DNA of 60,541 bases, counting the filler. It is 4 parts of 4 records of this genome, joined end to end, with 100 filler letters (N's around TTAATTAATTAA, not from the genome) between each part and the next. Parts side by side here need not be neighbours in the genome. Positions count along the whole stretch, not along the records: positions 1 to 28,798 come from SRR22947727_1692; 3 more parts are not named here. The stretch is one strand, 5' to 3'. The notes beneath the pieces are model-generated. The model saw only the letters and a program-made list of their open reading frames with translations. It made no database searches and had not been told where the DNA came from. This document shows positions 11,334-20,836 of this stretch, one piece after another. Position 1 is the stretch's first letter; each line of letters starts with the position of its first letter. The position numbers and the translations under genes are program-made.

Positions 11334-12671
11334 ATGGACACAAATCATCAAAACCTTATCGCCCAATTGCTCGACGCCGCCCAAACTGCCGGAGCCGATG
11401 GCGCCGACGCAATGCTGGCCCGCGGTCAAAGCAATAGCATCAGCCTGCGGCTTGGCAAGGTCGAAGCCAGCGAACGATCTGAAGATTTCGATATCGGATT
11501 GCGCGTCTTTATCGGCCAGCGAACCGCGTCAATCTCAACAAGCCAGCTCGATCCAGAAAATATCAAAAATCTGGCCGAACGCGCTGTGGCTATGGCCAAA
11601 CTGGCACCCGAAGATCCGTATGTACGGCTTGCCACCGATGCCGAAATCGCCAAATCCATTCCCGATCTGGATATGTTTGACGAAACCATGCCAGATAGCG
11701 AACGCCTTCGCGAAAGAGCCGCACGCGCCGAAGATGCCGCCTTGTCACATAAAGGCATCAAAACATCGGATGGTGCCGATGCCGGCCATAGCATTGTCGA
11801 TGTTCTGATTGGCACATCAAACGGCTTTCTTGCCGGTTACAAACGATCATCGCATGGCGTATCAACCGTGGTCATTGCCGAACAAGACGGGCATATGGAA
11901 CGCGATTATGATTACAGCGCTGCCGTTTATGAAAGCGATTTGCAGCCAGCCGAAGAAGTTGGGAATAATGCGGCAAGCCGAACATTGGCAAGACTTGGTG
12001 CCCAAAAGCCCAAAACTGGCAAATTTCCAGTAATCTATGACCGGCGGGTCGCCGCATCGCTTGTTGGCACAATGGCTGGTGCAATCAATGGCGCATCAAT
12101 TTCGCGCGGCACAAGCTTTCTAAAAGACAGCCTTGGCGAACAGGTTACCAGCAAAGGGCTTTGTTTTGTTGACGACCCATTGCGGTCGCGTGGGCTTGGC
12201 TCGCGCCTGTTTGATGGCGAGGGGCTGGCGGTTCAGCGGCGCGTTATGGTTGATGACGGCGTGTTAACCGGCTGGTTTCTTGACCTTGCTTCGGCGGCCA
12301 AACTGGAAATGACACCAACCGGCAATGCGCGGCGCGGGCTTGGCAGCGCCCCATCACCCGGTGCCAGTAATTTTTACATCGAAAATTCGACCATCAGCCG
12401 TGATGCGCTGATTGCCGAGATTGACGAAGGCTTTTTGATTACCGAAATGATTGGCAGTTCGGTTGATATGATCACCGGCGATTACAGCCGTGGTGCGGGT
12501 GGATTCTGGATTTCCAAAGGCCAGATCACCCATCCGATCACCGAAGCCACGATTGCCGGTAATCTGGCCGAAATGTTTATGCAGATGACCGCAGCAAATG
12601 ACATTGATCTTCGCGACAGTGTCGCATCACCATCACTTCGTCTTGACAGCATGATGGTCGCCGGATCATGA
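11334..12671 (+). CDS. pmbA: TldE/PmbA protein
   Basis: MERDYDYS, FDGEG, TGDYSRGA and EATIAGNL motifs; no HExxH. Confidence 0.94.
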   Translation: MDTNHQNLIAQLLDAAQTAGADGADAMLARGQSNSISLRLGKVEASERSEDFDIGLRVFIGQRTASISTSQLDPENIKNLAERAVAMAKLAPEDPYVRLATDAEIAKSIPDLDMFDETMPDSERLRERAARAEDAALSHKGIKTSDGADAGHSIVDVLIGTSNGFLAGYKRSSHGVSTVVIAEQDGHMERDYDYSAAVYESDLQPAEEVGNNAASRTLARLGAQKPKTGKFPVIYDRRVAASLVGTMAGAINGASISRGTSFLKDSLGEQVTSKGLCFVDDPLRSRGLGSRLFDGEGLAVQRRVMVDDGVLTGWFLDLASAAKLEMTPTGNARRGLGSAPSPGASNFYIENSTISRDALIAEIDEGFLITEMIGSSVDMITGDYSRGAGGFWISKGQITHPITEATIAGNLAEMFMQMTAANDIDLRDSVASPSLRLDSMMVAGS

Positions 12672-13327
12672 AATGGGCCGCCCCGCCCGGGAAACGGCGC
12701 GGGGTCGCCGATTGGCTAGACCTGATCTTTAAGGATCATGGTTTCTTGCGTCTTTGTTGGCATAACCAGCATCTTGTGAGCGACGATCTATGGCGAAGCA
12801 ATCAACCCGGACCATCGCGCATTGCCGCATTGGGTCAAAACGGCATCAAAACCATTATCAATCTGCGCGGGCCACGCCAAGATGGCGGCTGGCAGCTTGA
12901 AGCCGAGGCCTGTGCCAAGGCTGGCATTACCCTTCTTGATTTCACCGCACGGTCACGCGCCGCACCGTCAAAAGAAATGCTATATGAAGCGCGTGATCTT
13001 TTTGCCGCGATTAAAACACCAGCATTGATGCATTGCAAATCGGGCGCTGATCGCGCTGGGTTAATGTCGGCACTTTATCTGTTGATTGCCAAAAAACAAC
13101 CCGCACGCGTTGCAATGGCTCAGCTTGCGGGGAAATACGGCCATGTCAAAGCGGCAAAAACCGGTCTTCTTGATGCGTTTTTTGCGGCCTATATCCCCTA
13201 TGAAGACCAAGGCATGGCGTTTTTCGACTGGGTTGAAAATGTATATGATCCTGACGCTTTAGCAGCAAATTTTATGGCACAAGGCTGGGCTGTCAGACTT
13301 ACCGACACAATTCTTCGCCGCGAATAG
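12668..13327 (+). CDS. Cys-based tyrosine/dual-specificity phosphatase family protein, CtpA-like
   Basis: P-loop HCKSGADR (CX5R) plus RSNQP and INLRG motifs. ATGA overlap with pmbA; adjacent to msbA. Confidence 0.85.
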   Translation: MKWAAPPGKRRGVADWLDLIFKDHGFLRLCWHNQHLVSDDLWRSNQPGPSRIAALGQNGIKTIINLRGPRQDGGWQLEAEACAKAGITLLDFTARSRAAPSKEMLYEARDLFAAIKTPALMHCKSGADRAGLMSALYLLIAKKQPARVAMAQLAGKYGHVKAAKTGLLDAFFAAYIPYEDQGMAFFDWVENVYDPDALAANFMAQGWAVRLTDTILRRE

Positions 13328-13371
13328 GCCAGTTTCGTTAGACTGCGCCAATATCGTTGGCTTGCGCCAAT

Positions 13372-15207
13372 CTAGCCGGCCTTTTCATCATCAAAGAACT
13401 GCAATTGGCATAGCCTTGTATAAAGGCCGTTTTTGGCCATCAGCGCATCATGCGTTCCCTGTTCGGTAATGCGCCCCGATTCCATCACCAAAATCAAATC
13501 GGCATTGCGCACTGTTGCCAAACGATGCGCGACAACAAGCGTTGTGCGTCCGGCCTGCAATTTTTGAAGCGCGGTTTGAACCTGTTGTTCGGATTCGGCA
13601 TCAAGCGCAGCGGTGGCCTCGTCAAGCAGCAGAATCGGCGCATCTTTTAACATCGCCCGGGCAATGGCAATGCGCTGGCGTTGCCCGCCTGAAAGCCGGT
13701 TTCCCATTGCACCAACGATTGTGTCATAGCCATCGGGAAGCGCGCGGATAAAATCATCAGCCGCCGCATCCCGCGCTGCTGCCTCGATATCTTCGCGGCT
13801 GGCCCCCTCGCGACCAAAGCCAATATTGGCCGCAATCGTATCATCAAATAACACCGATTCCTGACTAACAAGCGATATGGCACGGCGAAGGCTGGCAATC
13901 TGCACATCACTGATTGGCTGGCCATCAATGGTGATTATCCCACTGCTCGCCTCAAAAAAGCGCGGAAGCAGGTTAATCACCGTGGTTTTGCCAGCACCAC
14001 TAGGACCGACCAAGGCGATGGTCTGGCCTGCCTTGGCGGTAAAGCTGATCCCCGCAAGCGCTGCTGCACCGCCATCACCATAGGCAAATCCAACATTATC
14101 ATAGGCAATCTGTCCCTGATTCACCGCCAGCACCGGCGCATTTTGCCGATCAGTAATCATGCGCGGCGTATCCAACAGCGCCAAAATACGCTCACAAGCG
14201 GCAAGCCCTTCTTGGGTGACCGCATTCAAGGTGCCAATGGCGCGCACCGGCTGCACCAGCAAAATAAGCGTTGTTATAAAGGCAATCACATCACCAACCT
14301 GCATATCGCCATTGGCAACGCGCCAACTGGCCAGCGCAACAACACCGCCAACGGCAATCCCGCCGACCACCTCCAAGATCGGATCAATCTTGGCGCGACC
14401 CGTTAATAGCCCGACAAGCCGTCCATATAGCCCATCAAAAGCCTGATGCGTTCGCAATGTTTCAGCATCTTCACGCTGATAGGCCTTGACCATTCGCGCC
14501 CCTTGCAAGGTCTCGGCAAGAAGCGCGGTCACGCTTTCCATATGGATTTGCAGATTTCCCGAGGCTTTGCGCTGGCGGTTGCCAATCTTGATGATCGGCC
14601 CCATTGCCAGCGGATAGACACCAATCACGACAAGCGCCATCAGCCAATCAAGCCAGATCATCGCGCCAACCAGAACCACAATGGTCAAACTGTCACGAAC
14701 CAGATTATTGGCCAATCTAACCAAGGCTTCACGAACCAGATTCAAATCATTCATGATGCGCGACATGAACACCCCTGCCGGTTCACGGGTGATGGTTTGA
14801 AGGTCGGCCTCGATCAGGGTTTTTGCCATATCTTTTTGCAAATCGGTACTCACCCGAAGCGCAAGCGCATTCACCATAACCGTTTGTGCAAATAACGCCG
14901 TGCCTTTAACAAGCGCAAACAGAATAATCACCGGCGGCGCAAGCCAGATGATTTCATCCGCTCTGCCATCGGCAAGCCCATTGAAAATATATTTTGTTAA
15001 AAGCGGGTAGGCTGACGCGCTTGCCGCCACGACAATCATCAGCAAAAGCGCCGTGATAAGCCGTGGCAGATAGCCAGCAATCCAGCCCTGCCAAATCCGT
15101 CTTATGATGTCACGATTGACCTGTTTTGGGCGTTTCGTTTCGGTCAAGCCGACAATCCTATCAAAAAAAGGCCGATATCTATTTAAATGACCAATGCCCG
15201 TTTGCAT
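13372..15207 (-). CDS. msbA: Lipid A export ABC transporter, permease/ATP-binding
   Basis: TMD plus NBD (GPSGAGKT, LSGGQRQR, LLLDEAT) inside the lipid A cluster. Start uncertain; the ORF extends to 15321. Confidence 0.85.
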   Translation of the reverse strand: MQTGIGHLNRYRPFFDRIVGLTETKRPKQVNRDIIRRIWQGWIAGYLPRLITALLLMIVVAASASAYPLLTKYIFNGLADGRADEIIWLAPPVIILFALVKGTALFAQTVMVNALALRVSTDLQKDMAKTLIEADLQTITREPAGVFMSRIMNDLNLVREALVRLANNLVRDSLTIVVLVGAMIWLDWLMALVVIGVYPLAMGPIIKIGNRQRKASGNLQIHMESVTALLAETLQGARMVKAYQREDAETLRTHQAFDGLYGRLVGLLTGRAKIDPILEVVGGIAVGGVVALASWRVANGDMQVGDVIAFITTLILLVQPVRAIGTLNAVTQEGLAACERILALLDTPRMITDRQNAPVLAVNQGQIAYDNVGFAYGDGGAAALAGISFTAKAGQTIALVGPSGAGKTTVINLLPRFFEASSGIITIDGQPISDVQIASLRRAISLVSQESVLFDDTIAANIGFGREGASREDIEAAARDAAADDFIRALPDGYDTIVGAMGNRLSGGQRQRIAIARAMLKDAPILLLDEATAALDAESEQQVQTALQKLQAGRTTLVVAHRLATVRNADLILVMESGRITEQGTHDALMAKNGLYTRLCQLQFFDDEKAG

Positions 15208-15425
15208 CAGGCCATGACGGCGACACGGCACATTCACCGCCGTCCAACTGTAGCAATTTGCCACCCAATCCAAAAGCATTGATCGCAGTTTGGCTGGCAT
15301 ATTTGCAAAAAAGCGCGCCAATGCATAATTGATCAGCTATTTTTGCATCTGCCCATTCCGCAATTACCTTCTTACATGCTAGGGTTCGGATGCAGATGAT
15401 TTAACTCCAAAGCAGTTTCGGGCGC

Positions 15426-16100
15426 ATGATAAAAAAATTGATACGATCGCCATTTGGCAATGCCCTTGTTGGCTGGACAATTGGCAGCATCATCGCGCTT
15501 TTGATGGTCACTGTTCGCTGGCGGACGGTTGATCAGGGAAAATCCGATCAATTCATGGCCAGCCAGAATGGCATTATCATGGTGTTCTGGCATGAACGGG
15601 TCATGGCCATGCCGTGGCTTTGGCCCTCGGCCTATGCGCTTCACGCGCTGCAATCACCGCATCCTGATGGCCGCATGATGTCGCATGCGATTGGCTGTTT
15701 TGGAGTAAAAACGGTTTGGGGCAGTTCAAACCGCAACCCGCTGTCGGGATTACGCGGGTTAAAACGCGTACTTGATCGTGGCGAATCTGTTGCTATTACG
15801 CCTGATGGGCCGCGCGGCCCGGCCCGCAAATCGGCGCTTGGGCCTGTCGCGATTGCCCAAATGGCCGGAAAACCGATTGTGCCAATGTGCTGGTCAGTTG
15901 ATCGTTACTGGCGCGCCACCGGCTGGGATCGGCTGATCATTCCAAAACCGTTTGCGCGTGGCCGGTTTATCATTGGCGATCCGATCTATCTTGATGATGT
16001 CTCAAAAGACCAGCTCGAAACCGCCCGTCAGCAGCTTGAAGATGCGCTGAATGCACAAGCTGATGCGGTTGACCTACTTTTTACCGAGCCGCCGCAATGA
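15426..16100 (+). CDS. DUF374 lysophospholipid acyltransferase family protein (LpxJ-like)
   Basis: FWHER, SxHxDG, ITPDGPRGP and WDRLIIPKPF motifs; upstream of waaA. Confidence 0.88.
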   Translation: MIKKLIRSPFGNALVGWTIGSIIALLMVTVRWRTVDQGKSDQFMASQNGIIMVFWHERVMAMPWLWPSAYALHALQSPHPDGRMMSHAIGCFGVKTVWGSSNRNPLSGLRGLKRVLDRGESVAITPDGPRGPARKSALGPVAIAQMAGKPIVPMCWSVDRYWRATGWDRLIIPKPFARGRFIIGDPIYLDDVSKDQLETARQQLEDALNAQADAVDLLFTEPPQ

Positions 16101-17398
16101 CCTTTGGCCTATATAATCTCGTTTGGCATTTGCTGCGCCCATTTATCCCGTTGATTTTGCGTGTGCGTGCATGGCACGGCAAGGAAATTGCCAGCCGCCT
16201 TCATGACCGGTTTGGCCAGCCCCAGCTTGACCAAAAAATAAAAGGTGCAATCTGGATTCATGCGGTCAGTGTTGGCGAAACCGTGGCCGCCATCGGCCTT
16301 GCCAAAGCGCTCGCCAGCGCCCTGCCAAAAGCCAGATTTCTGATCACCACCAACACGGTTAGTGCCGCGGCGATGGTTGAACGGGAAAGAGCCAATGGCA
16401 TGGCGCTGTCACATTCGTTTCAGCCGCTTGATCACCCACATTTTGTCGATCAATTTTTACAGCACACCCGCCCGACACTGGCCATTTTCATGGAGTCTGA
16501 TTTCTGGCCCAATTTGATATCGAAAACCGCAGCCAAGGCAATTCCAGTCATTTTTGCCTCATCCCAATTATCCAGCACCGCCTTTCACCGCTGGACGAAA
16601 CAGCCAGCAATGGCAAAGGCGGTTTTTGCAGCACCGCAAATGGTTTTGGCCGTTAATGATGCGCAGGCAGCGCAATTTCAACGCCTTGGCACGCCAGCCG
16701 ATATTATCACCGTTTTAGGGTCACTTAAACTTGGCGCGATGGCAGACGCCGATCCAGCCCTTTGCCAAAGCCTGAAAACCGCCATTGGCAAACGGCAAAT
16801 TTTGCTTGCCGCCTCAACGCATGATGGCGAAGACGCAAGCATGATCGTTGCTGCCAATGCGCTTGGCGATGGCTGGCTAACAATCATTGCGCCGCGCCAT
16901 CCCGATCGGGGCAACCAGATTGCCGCGGCAAGCAGCAGCGCACCACAACGAAGCCTTGGTCAATTTCCGTCCAAGGATCATAACCTTTACATCATGGACA
17001 GCTTTGGCGAGATGGGCAGCCTGTTCAGCCTTGCCGATCTGGTTATTCTTGGCGGTTCCTTCATGCCGAAAGGTGGGCATAACCCGCTTGAGCCAGCGGC
17101 TTTCGGCTTGCCGATCATCACCGGCCAGCATATTTTTAAAAACAGCGCCGAATTTGCCGGCCTTCGCGATGTGGGGGTTGTGTTTGATGTGGCAGAAACC
17201 GATGATGGGCTTGATGCCACGATAACCGGTCAAAAGCTTGCCAAGCTGGTGATCGCCATTGCAAATGACAAGCCGGCACGCCGCCGCATTGCCAGCGCGG
17301 CAAAAGCCTATGCGATGGCGGCAAATGAACGCTCTAACATCGCCGCGCGAAAAATTGTGCTAGAAACAATAAAACAACCCGCCAAGACCAACAGATGA
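16097..17398 (+). CDS. waaA: 3-deoxy-D-manno-octulosonic acid transferase
   Basis: WIHAVSVGE, ESDFWPN, ASTHDGE, APRHPDR and GGHNPLEPA motifs. Confidence 0.96.
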   Translation: MTFGLYNLVWHLLRPFIPLILRVRAWHGKEIASRLHDRFGQPQLDQKIKGAIWIHAVSVGETVAAIGLAKALASALPKARFLITTNTVSAAAMVERERANGMALSHSFQPLDHPHFVDQFLQHTRPTLAIFMESDFWPNLISKTAAKAIPVIFASSQLSSTAFHRWTKQPAMAKAVFAAPQMVLAVNDAQAAQFQRLGTPADIITVLGSLKLGAMADADPALCQSLKTAIGKRQILLAASTHDGEDASMIVAANALGDGWLTIIAPRHPDRGNQIAAASSSAPQRSLGQFPSKDHNLYIMDSFGEMGSLFSLADLVILGGSFMPKGGHNPLEPAAFGLPIITGQHIFKNSAEFAGLRDVGVVFDVAETDDGLDATITGQKLAKLVIAIANDKPARRRIASAAKAYAMAANERSNIAARKIVLETIKQPAKTNR

Positions 17399-17411
17399 TC
17401 AAGACGAAACC

Positions 17412-18401
17412 ATGATAAAAACGCCTGATTTCTGGACAAACCGAGGATTGCTGGCCGTGCTGCTGCTGCCATTTGCAGGCTTGTGGGCAGGCGCAACATT
17501 CATTCGCAATGCGCTGGCGCATGAAACAAAGGCGGCATTACCAATCATCTGTATTGGCAATCTTAGTGCTGGCGGCACTGGCAAAACGCCAGTGACCTCG
17601 TTTTTATATGACCAATTGCAAGTCCGCGGTTACAAGCCGGCAATTCTAATTCGCGGCTATGGCGGAACGGCAAAGCGGCCTTTATGGGTTGATCCCAGTC
17701 TTCACCACGCGAATGAGGTTGGTGATGAGGCGTTAATGCTTGGCGAAAGCCGTGATGTTTTGGTGGCGCGTGATCGGGTTGCCGGTGCCGCGATGATCGC
17801 GGCTAATGGCAATCATGATGTAATTTTAATGGATGATGGTTTGCAGCATCCCTATATCGCCAAAGATTTTGCCATTGGTGTGTTTGATGGCAATCTTGGC
17901 ATTGGCAATGGCTGGCTGATTCCCGCAGGCCCGCTTCGCATTGGCTTGCAAAGCGGCATCAAAACCATTCACGCTGTCATAATCAATGGTAATGATGAAA
18001 CCGGTATCACATCAAAGCTACAGCCCCATATGCCTGTCTTTGCAGGTCATCTGACAGCTGATCAAAGCATCATCGACGCGCTTGACGGCGATCCGGTGAT
18101 GGGTTTTGCCGGTATTGGCCGCCCAAACCGGTTTTTTACCAGCTTGAAGGCGGCGGGGGCAAATCTTGTTCGCAGCTTGGCATTTGCCGATCACCACCCC
18201 TATAGCGAGGCCGATTTGGTTAGGCTGCAAGAAGATGCAGCCCGCCTTGGTGCGGCGCTTGTCACCACAAAAAAAGACTGGGTTCGCCTGCCTGCCGAAT
18301 GGCGGGAACGGATTGGGTTTTTGCCGGTATCGCTTGATCTTGAAGCTGCGGATGCGCTCGTGGATGCCATCATTGCAACCATTGCCGAAAAAGGAGCCTG
18401 A
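17412..18401 (+). CDS. lpxK: Tetraacyldisaccharide 4'-kinase
   Basis: GNLSAGGTGKTP, RGYGG, MDDGLQH, PAGPLR and FADHH motifs. Confidence 0.97.
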   Translation: MIKTPDFWTNRGLLAVLLLPFAGLWAGATFIRNALAHETKAALPIICIGNLSAGGTGKTPVTSFLYDQLQVRGYKPAILIRGYGGTAKRPLWVDPSLHHANEVGDEALMLGESRDVLVARDRVAGAAMIAANGNHDVILMDDGLQHPYIAKDFAIGVFDGNLGIGNGWLIPAGPLRIGLQSGIKTIHAVIINGNDETGITSKLQPHMPVFAGHLTADQSIIDALDGDPVMGFAGIGRPNRFFTSLKAAGANLVRSLAFADHHPYSEADLVRLQEDAARLGAALVTTKKDWVRLPAEWRERIGFLPVSLDLEAADALVDAIIATIAEKGA

Positions 18402-18406
18402 CCAAA

Positions 18407-19303
18407 ATGGCATTTTCGGCGGGTCAAATTTTACAAAAATGGTTTCGGCAAATCATTCGCTGGCCGCTTGAAGCATTGTTTGGCTTTGGCCTTTTCTTTT
18501 TTGCCCAATTGCTGCCAGTGCGCTTTGCCAGCGTGGCAATGGGTGGGCTTTTGGGGATTGTGGCACCTTTGACGCCGTGGCATCGCCGCGCGCTTCGCAA
18601 TCTCACCCATGCCATGCCCGATCTTGATGATGCCGAAAAAGACCGGATTTTACGCGCAATGTGGCGTAATCTTGGACGGGTCATTGGCGAATATCCGCAT
18701 ATCAATTCAATTGTCGATAAGGGCTGGGTTGAATTTGTCGGGCTTGAGCATCTAAAGGCGCTTGAAGGTGGCGGCTTTTTGATTGGGGCGCATATCGGCA
18801 ATTGGGAATTTGGTCCCTTTGCCGCTTTGACAACTGGCAAAAAAGTGGCGGCGATCTACCGGCCTTTGAATAATCCGCTTTTGTCGGGCCTTTTGCATCG
18901 ACGCCAAGAAACCTATGGCGGCGATATTTATCGCAAAGGCCGCGAGGCCGCGCTTGGCATGGTTGGCGCGCTTCGCAAAGGGCAGATGATGTGTCTTCTT
19001 GTTGATCAACAGCTTCGTGAAGGCATTTCGGTTCCCTTTTTCGGGCATCCCGCCCGCACCTCGATCAGCCATATCAAAATCGCCGTCAAAAAACAGGTGC
19101 CGCTATTTTATATGCGAACCGAACGGCTTGGTACCTGCCGGTTTCGGGTGACGATTTCACCGCCAATTACCTTGCCCGACACGGCAGATGATGCGGCGGT
19201 TCTGGCCTTGGCTACCGAAATTAACCACGAAATCGAAAGCTGGATTCGCACCACCCCCGAACAATGGTTCTGGCCGCATCGCCGCTGGGGAAAAAATATC
19301 TAG
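18407..19303 (+). CDS. lpxL: Lipid A late acyltransferase (LpxL/HtrB family)
   Basis: HIGNWE, LVDQ, VPFFG and PEQWFWPHRRW motifs. Confidence 0.9.
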   Translation: MAFSAGQILQKWFRQIIRWPLEALFGFGLFFFAQLLPVRFASVAMGGLLGIVAPLTPWHRRALRNLTHAMPDLDDAEKDRILRAMWRNLGRVIGEYPHINSIVDKGWVEFVGLEHLKALEGGGFLIGAHIGNWEFGPFAALTTGKKVAAIYRPLNNPLLSGLLHRRQETYGGDIYRKGREAALGMVGALRKGQMMCLLVDQQLREGISVPFFGHPARTSISHIKIAVKKQVPLFYMRTERLGTCRFRVTISPPITLPDTADDAAVLALATEINHEIESWIRTTPEQWFWPHRRWGKNI

Positions 19304-20782
19304 CTAGAAAAGCTTGTCCTGCCGGTCGTCATCTGCTGGTTTTCGTGCTGGTTTTCGTACCAGTTTTGGCCCTGGGTTTGGGATCGCCTTGACCGGCTGC
19401 GCCATACCTCCGGCACTGGCACTGGTAGTGGCATCCAAAACCGCCCCGCGCGTGCCATCGGCAAACCGGATCATGACATTGGCCTGATCGGGGGCTGCCG
19501 CGGCGCGTTTGATGGGCGCACCAGCAGCATCAGTAACAAGCGTAAAGCCGCGATCAAGAACGCGCTCAAAGGAATTGGCGTCAAGCAACTTAGAAATATT
19601 ATCAAGCCTTTGCTGACGATTTGTGAGGCCAGTGGCGAATTGTTGTTCAAAACGCTGGCCAATCTGCGATAAACGCCCAGCGGCTTCGGCAAGCTTGGTT
19701 TCCGGCGGCTGCAATCGTCCAGCCAGACCCGATAGCCGCAAGGCGCGCGCCGACAACCATTGATCAAGCCCGCGAAACAGCCCGCCAAGCGCATAATCAA
19801 GGCTTTGTGCCCGCCGCTGGATCAAATCTGCCGGATCAACAAGGCCGCGTGCCGCCAGCGCTGTTTGCTGGCCAGCATTTTCAAGCTTGCGCGCTGTTGC
19901 CCGCATCAAACGCGCATTCACCTCGCTCAGATAGGCGGCAAGATCGGTTTTAACCGGAACGGCAAGTTCGGCAGCCGCGGTTGGTGTCGGGGCGCGCAAA
20001 TCAGCGGCAAAATCAATCAAGGTTGTATCGGTTTCATGGCCGATGGCCGAAATCACCGGAATACGGCATTCGGCAACTGCCCGTACAACGACTTCTTCGT
20101 TAAACGCCCATAAATCTTCTAATGCCCCACCACCGCGCGCGATGATCAACACATCGGGGCGCGGCAGGCTGCCATTTTCGGGCATCGCGTCGAAACCACG
20201 AATCGCAGCAGCAACCTGCGCCGCCGCATCGCGCCCTTGAACCAGCGTTCCCCAAACCAGCACATGAACGCCGAACCGGTCTTGGAGCCGGTGCAGAATA
20301 TCGCGGATAACCGCGCCTGTCGGGCTGGTGACAACGCCAATGGTTGTTGGCATTTTCGGAATTTTCTTTTTGCGGTCTTGATCAAACAGGCCTTCACCCG
20401 CCAGCATCCGGCGGCGATCTTCAAGCTGTTTCAGCAATGCACCTTCACCAGCAATTTCGATCTGGCTAACAACGATCTGATATTTCGACTGACCGGCAAA
20501 GGTGGTCAGACGACCCGTGGCGATCACCTCAAGCCCTTCTTCAGGCTGGACCGCAAGATTGGCTGTCATGGTTTTCCAGCACACAGCCGCAAGGGTGGAT
20601 CGATCATCTTTCAAGGTAAAATAAAGATGGCCGGACGGGGCTTTATTGGGGCGCGAAATTTCGGCGCGAACCCGCACAAACTCAAAAGCCGTCTCAACCG
20701 TTGTCTTTACGGCGCGTGAGAGCTCGCTAATTGTCAAATAGGGCGCGTTATCGCCGCTGTTTTGCTGATCGCCCTCTTCCAT
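19304..20782 (-). CDS. xseA: Exodeoxyribonuclease VII large subunit
   Basis: SGHLYFTLKD, TSPTGAVIRDI, ARGGG and SAIGHETD...DLRAPTPTAAAE motifs. Confidence 0.97.
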   Translation of the reverse strand: MEEGDQQNSGDNAPYLTISELSRAVKTTVETAFEFVRVRAEISRPNKAPSGHLYFTLKDDRSTLAAVCWKTMTANLAVQPEEGLEVIATGRLTTFAGQSKYQIVVSQIEIAGEGALLKQLEDRRRMLAGEGLFDQDRKKKIPKMPTTIGVVTSPTGAVIRDILHRLQDRFGVHVLVWGTLVQGRDAAAQVAAAIRGFDAMPENGSLPRPDVLIIARGGGALEDLWAFNEEVVVRAVAECRIPVISAIGHETDTTLIDFAADLRAPTPTAAAELAVPVKTDLAAYLSEVNARLMRATARKLENAGQQTALAARGLVDPADLIQRRAQSLDYALGGLFRGLDQWLSARALRLSGLAGRLQPPETKLAEAAGRLSQIGQRFEQQFATGLTNRQQRLDNISKLLDANSFERVLDRGFTLVTDAAGAPIKRAAAAPDQANVMIRFADGTRGAVLDATTSASAGGMAQPVKAIPNPGPKLVRKPARKPADDDRQDKLF

Positions 20783-20836
20783 GATGAACCCATCTTATGC
20801 CATATTGGCCACGCCGCAACACCAAAGGATTGTTCG

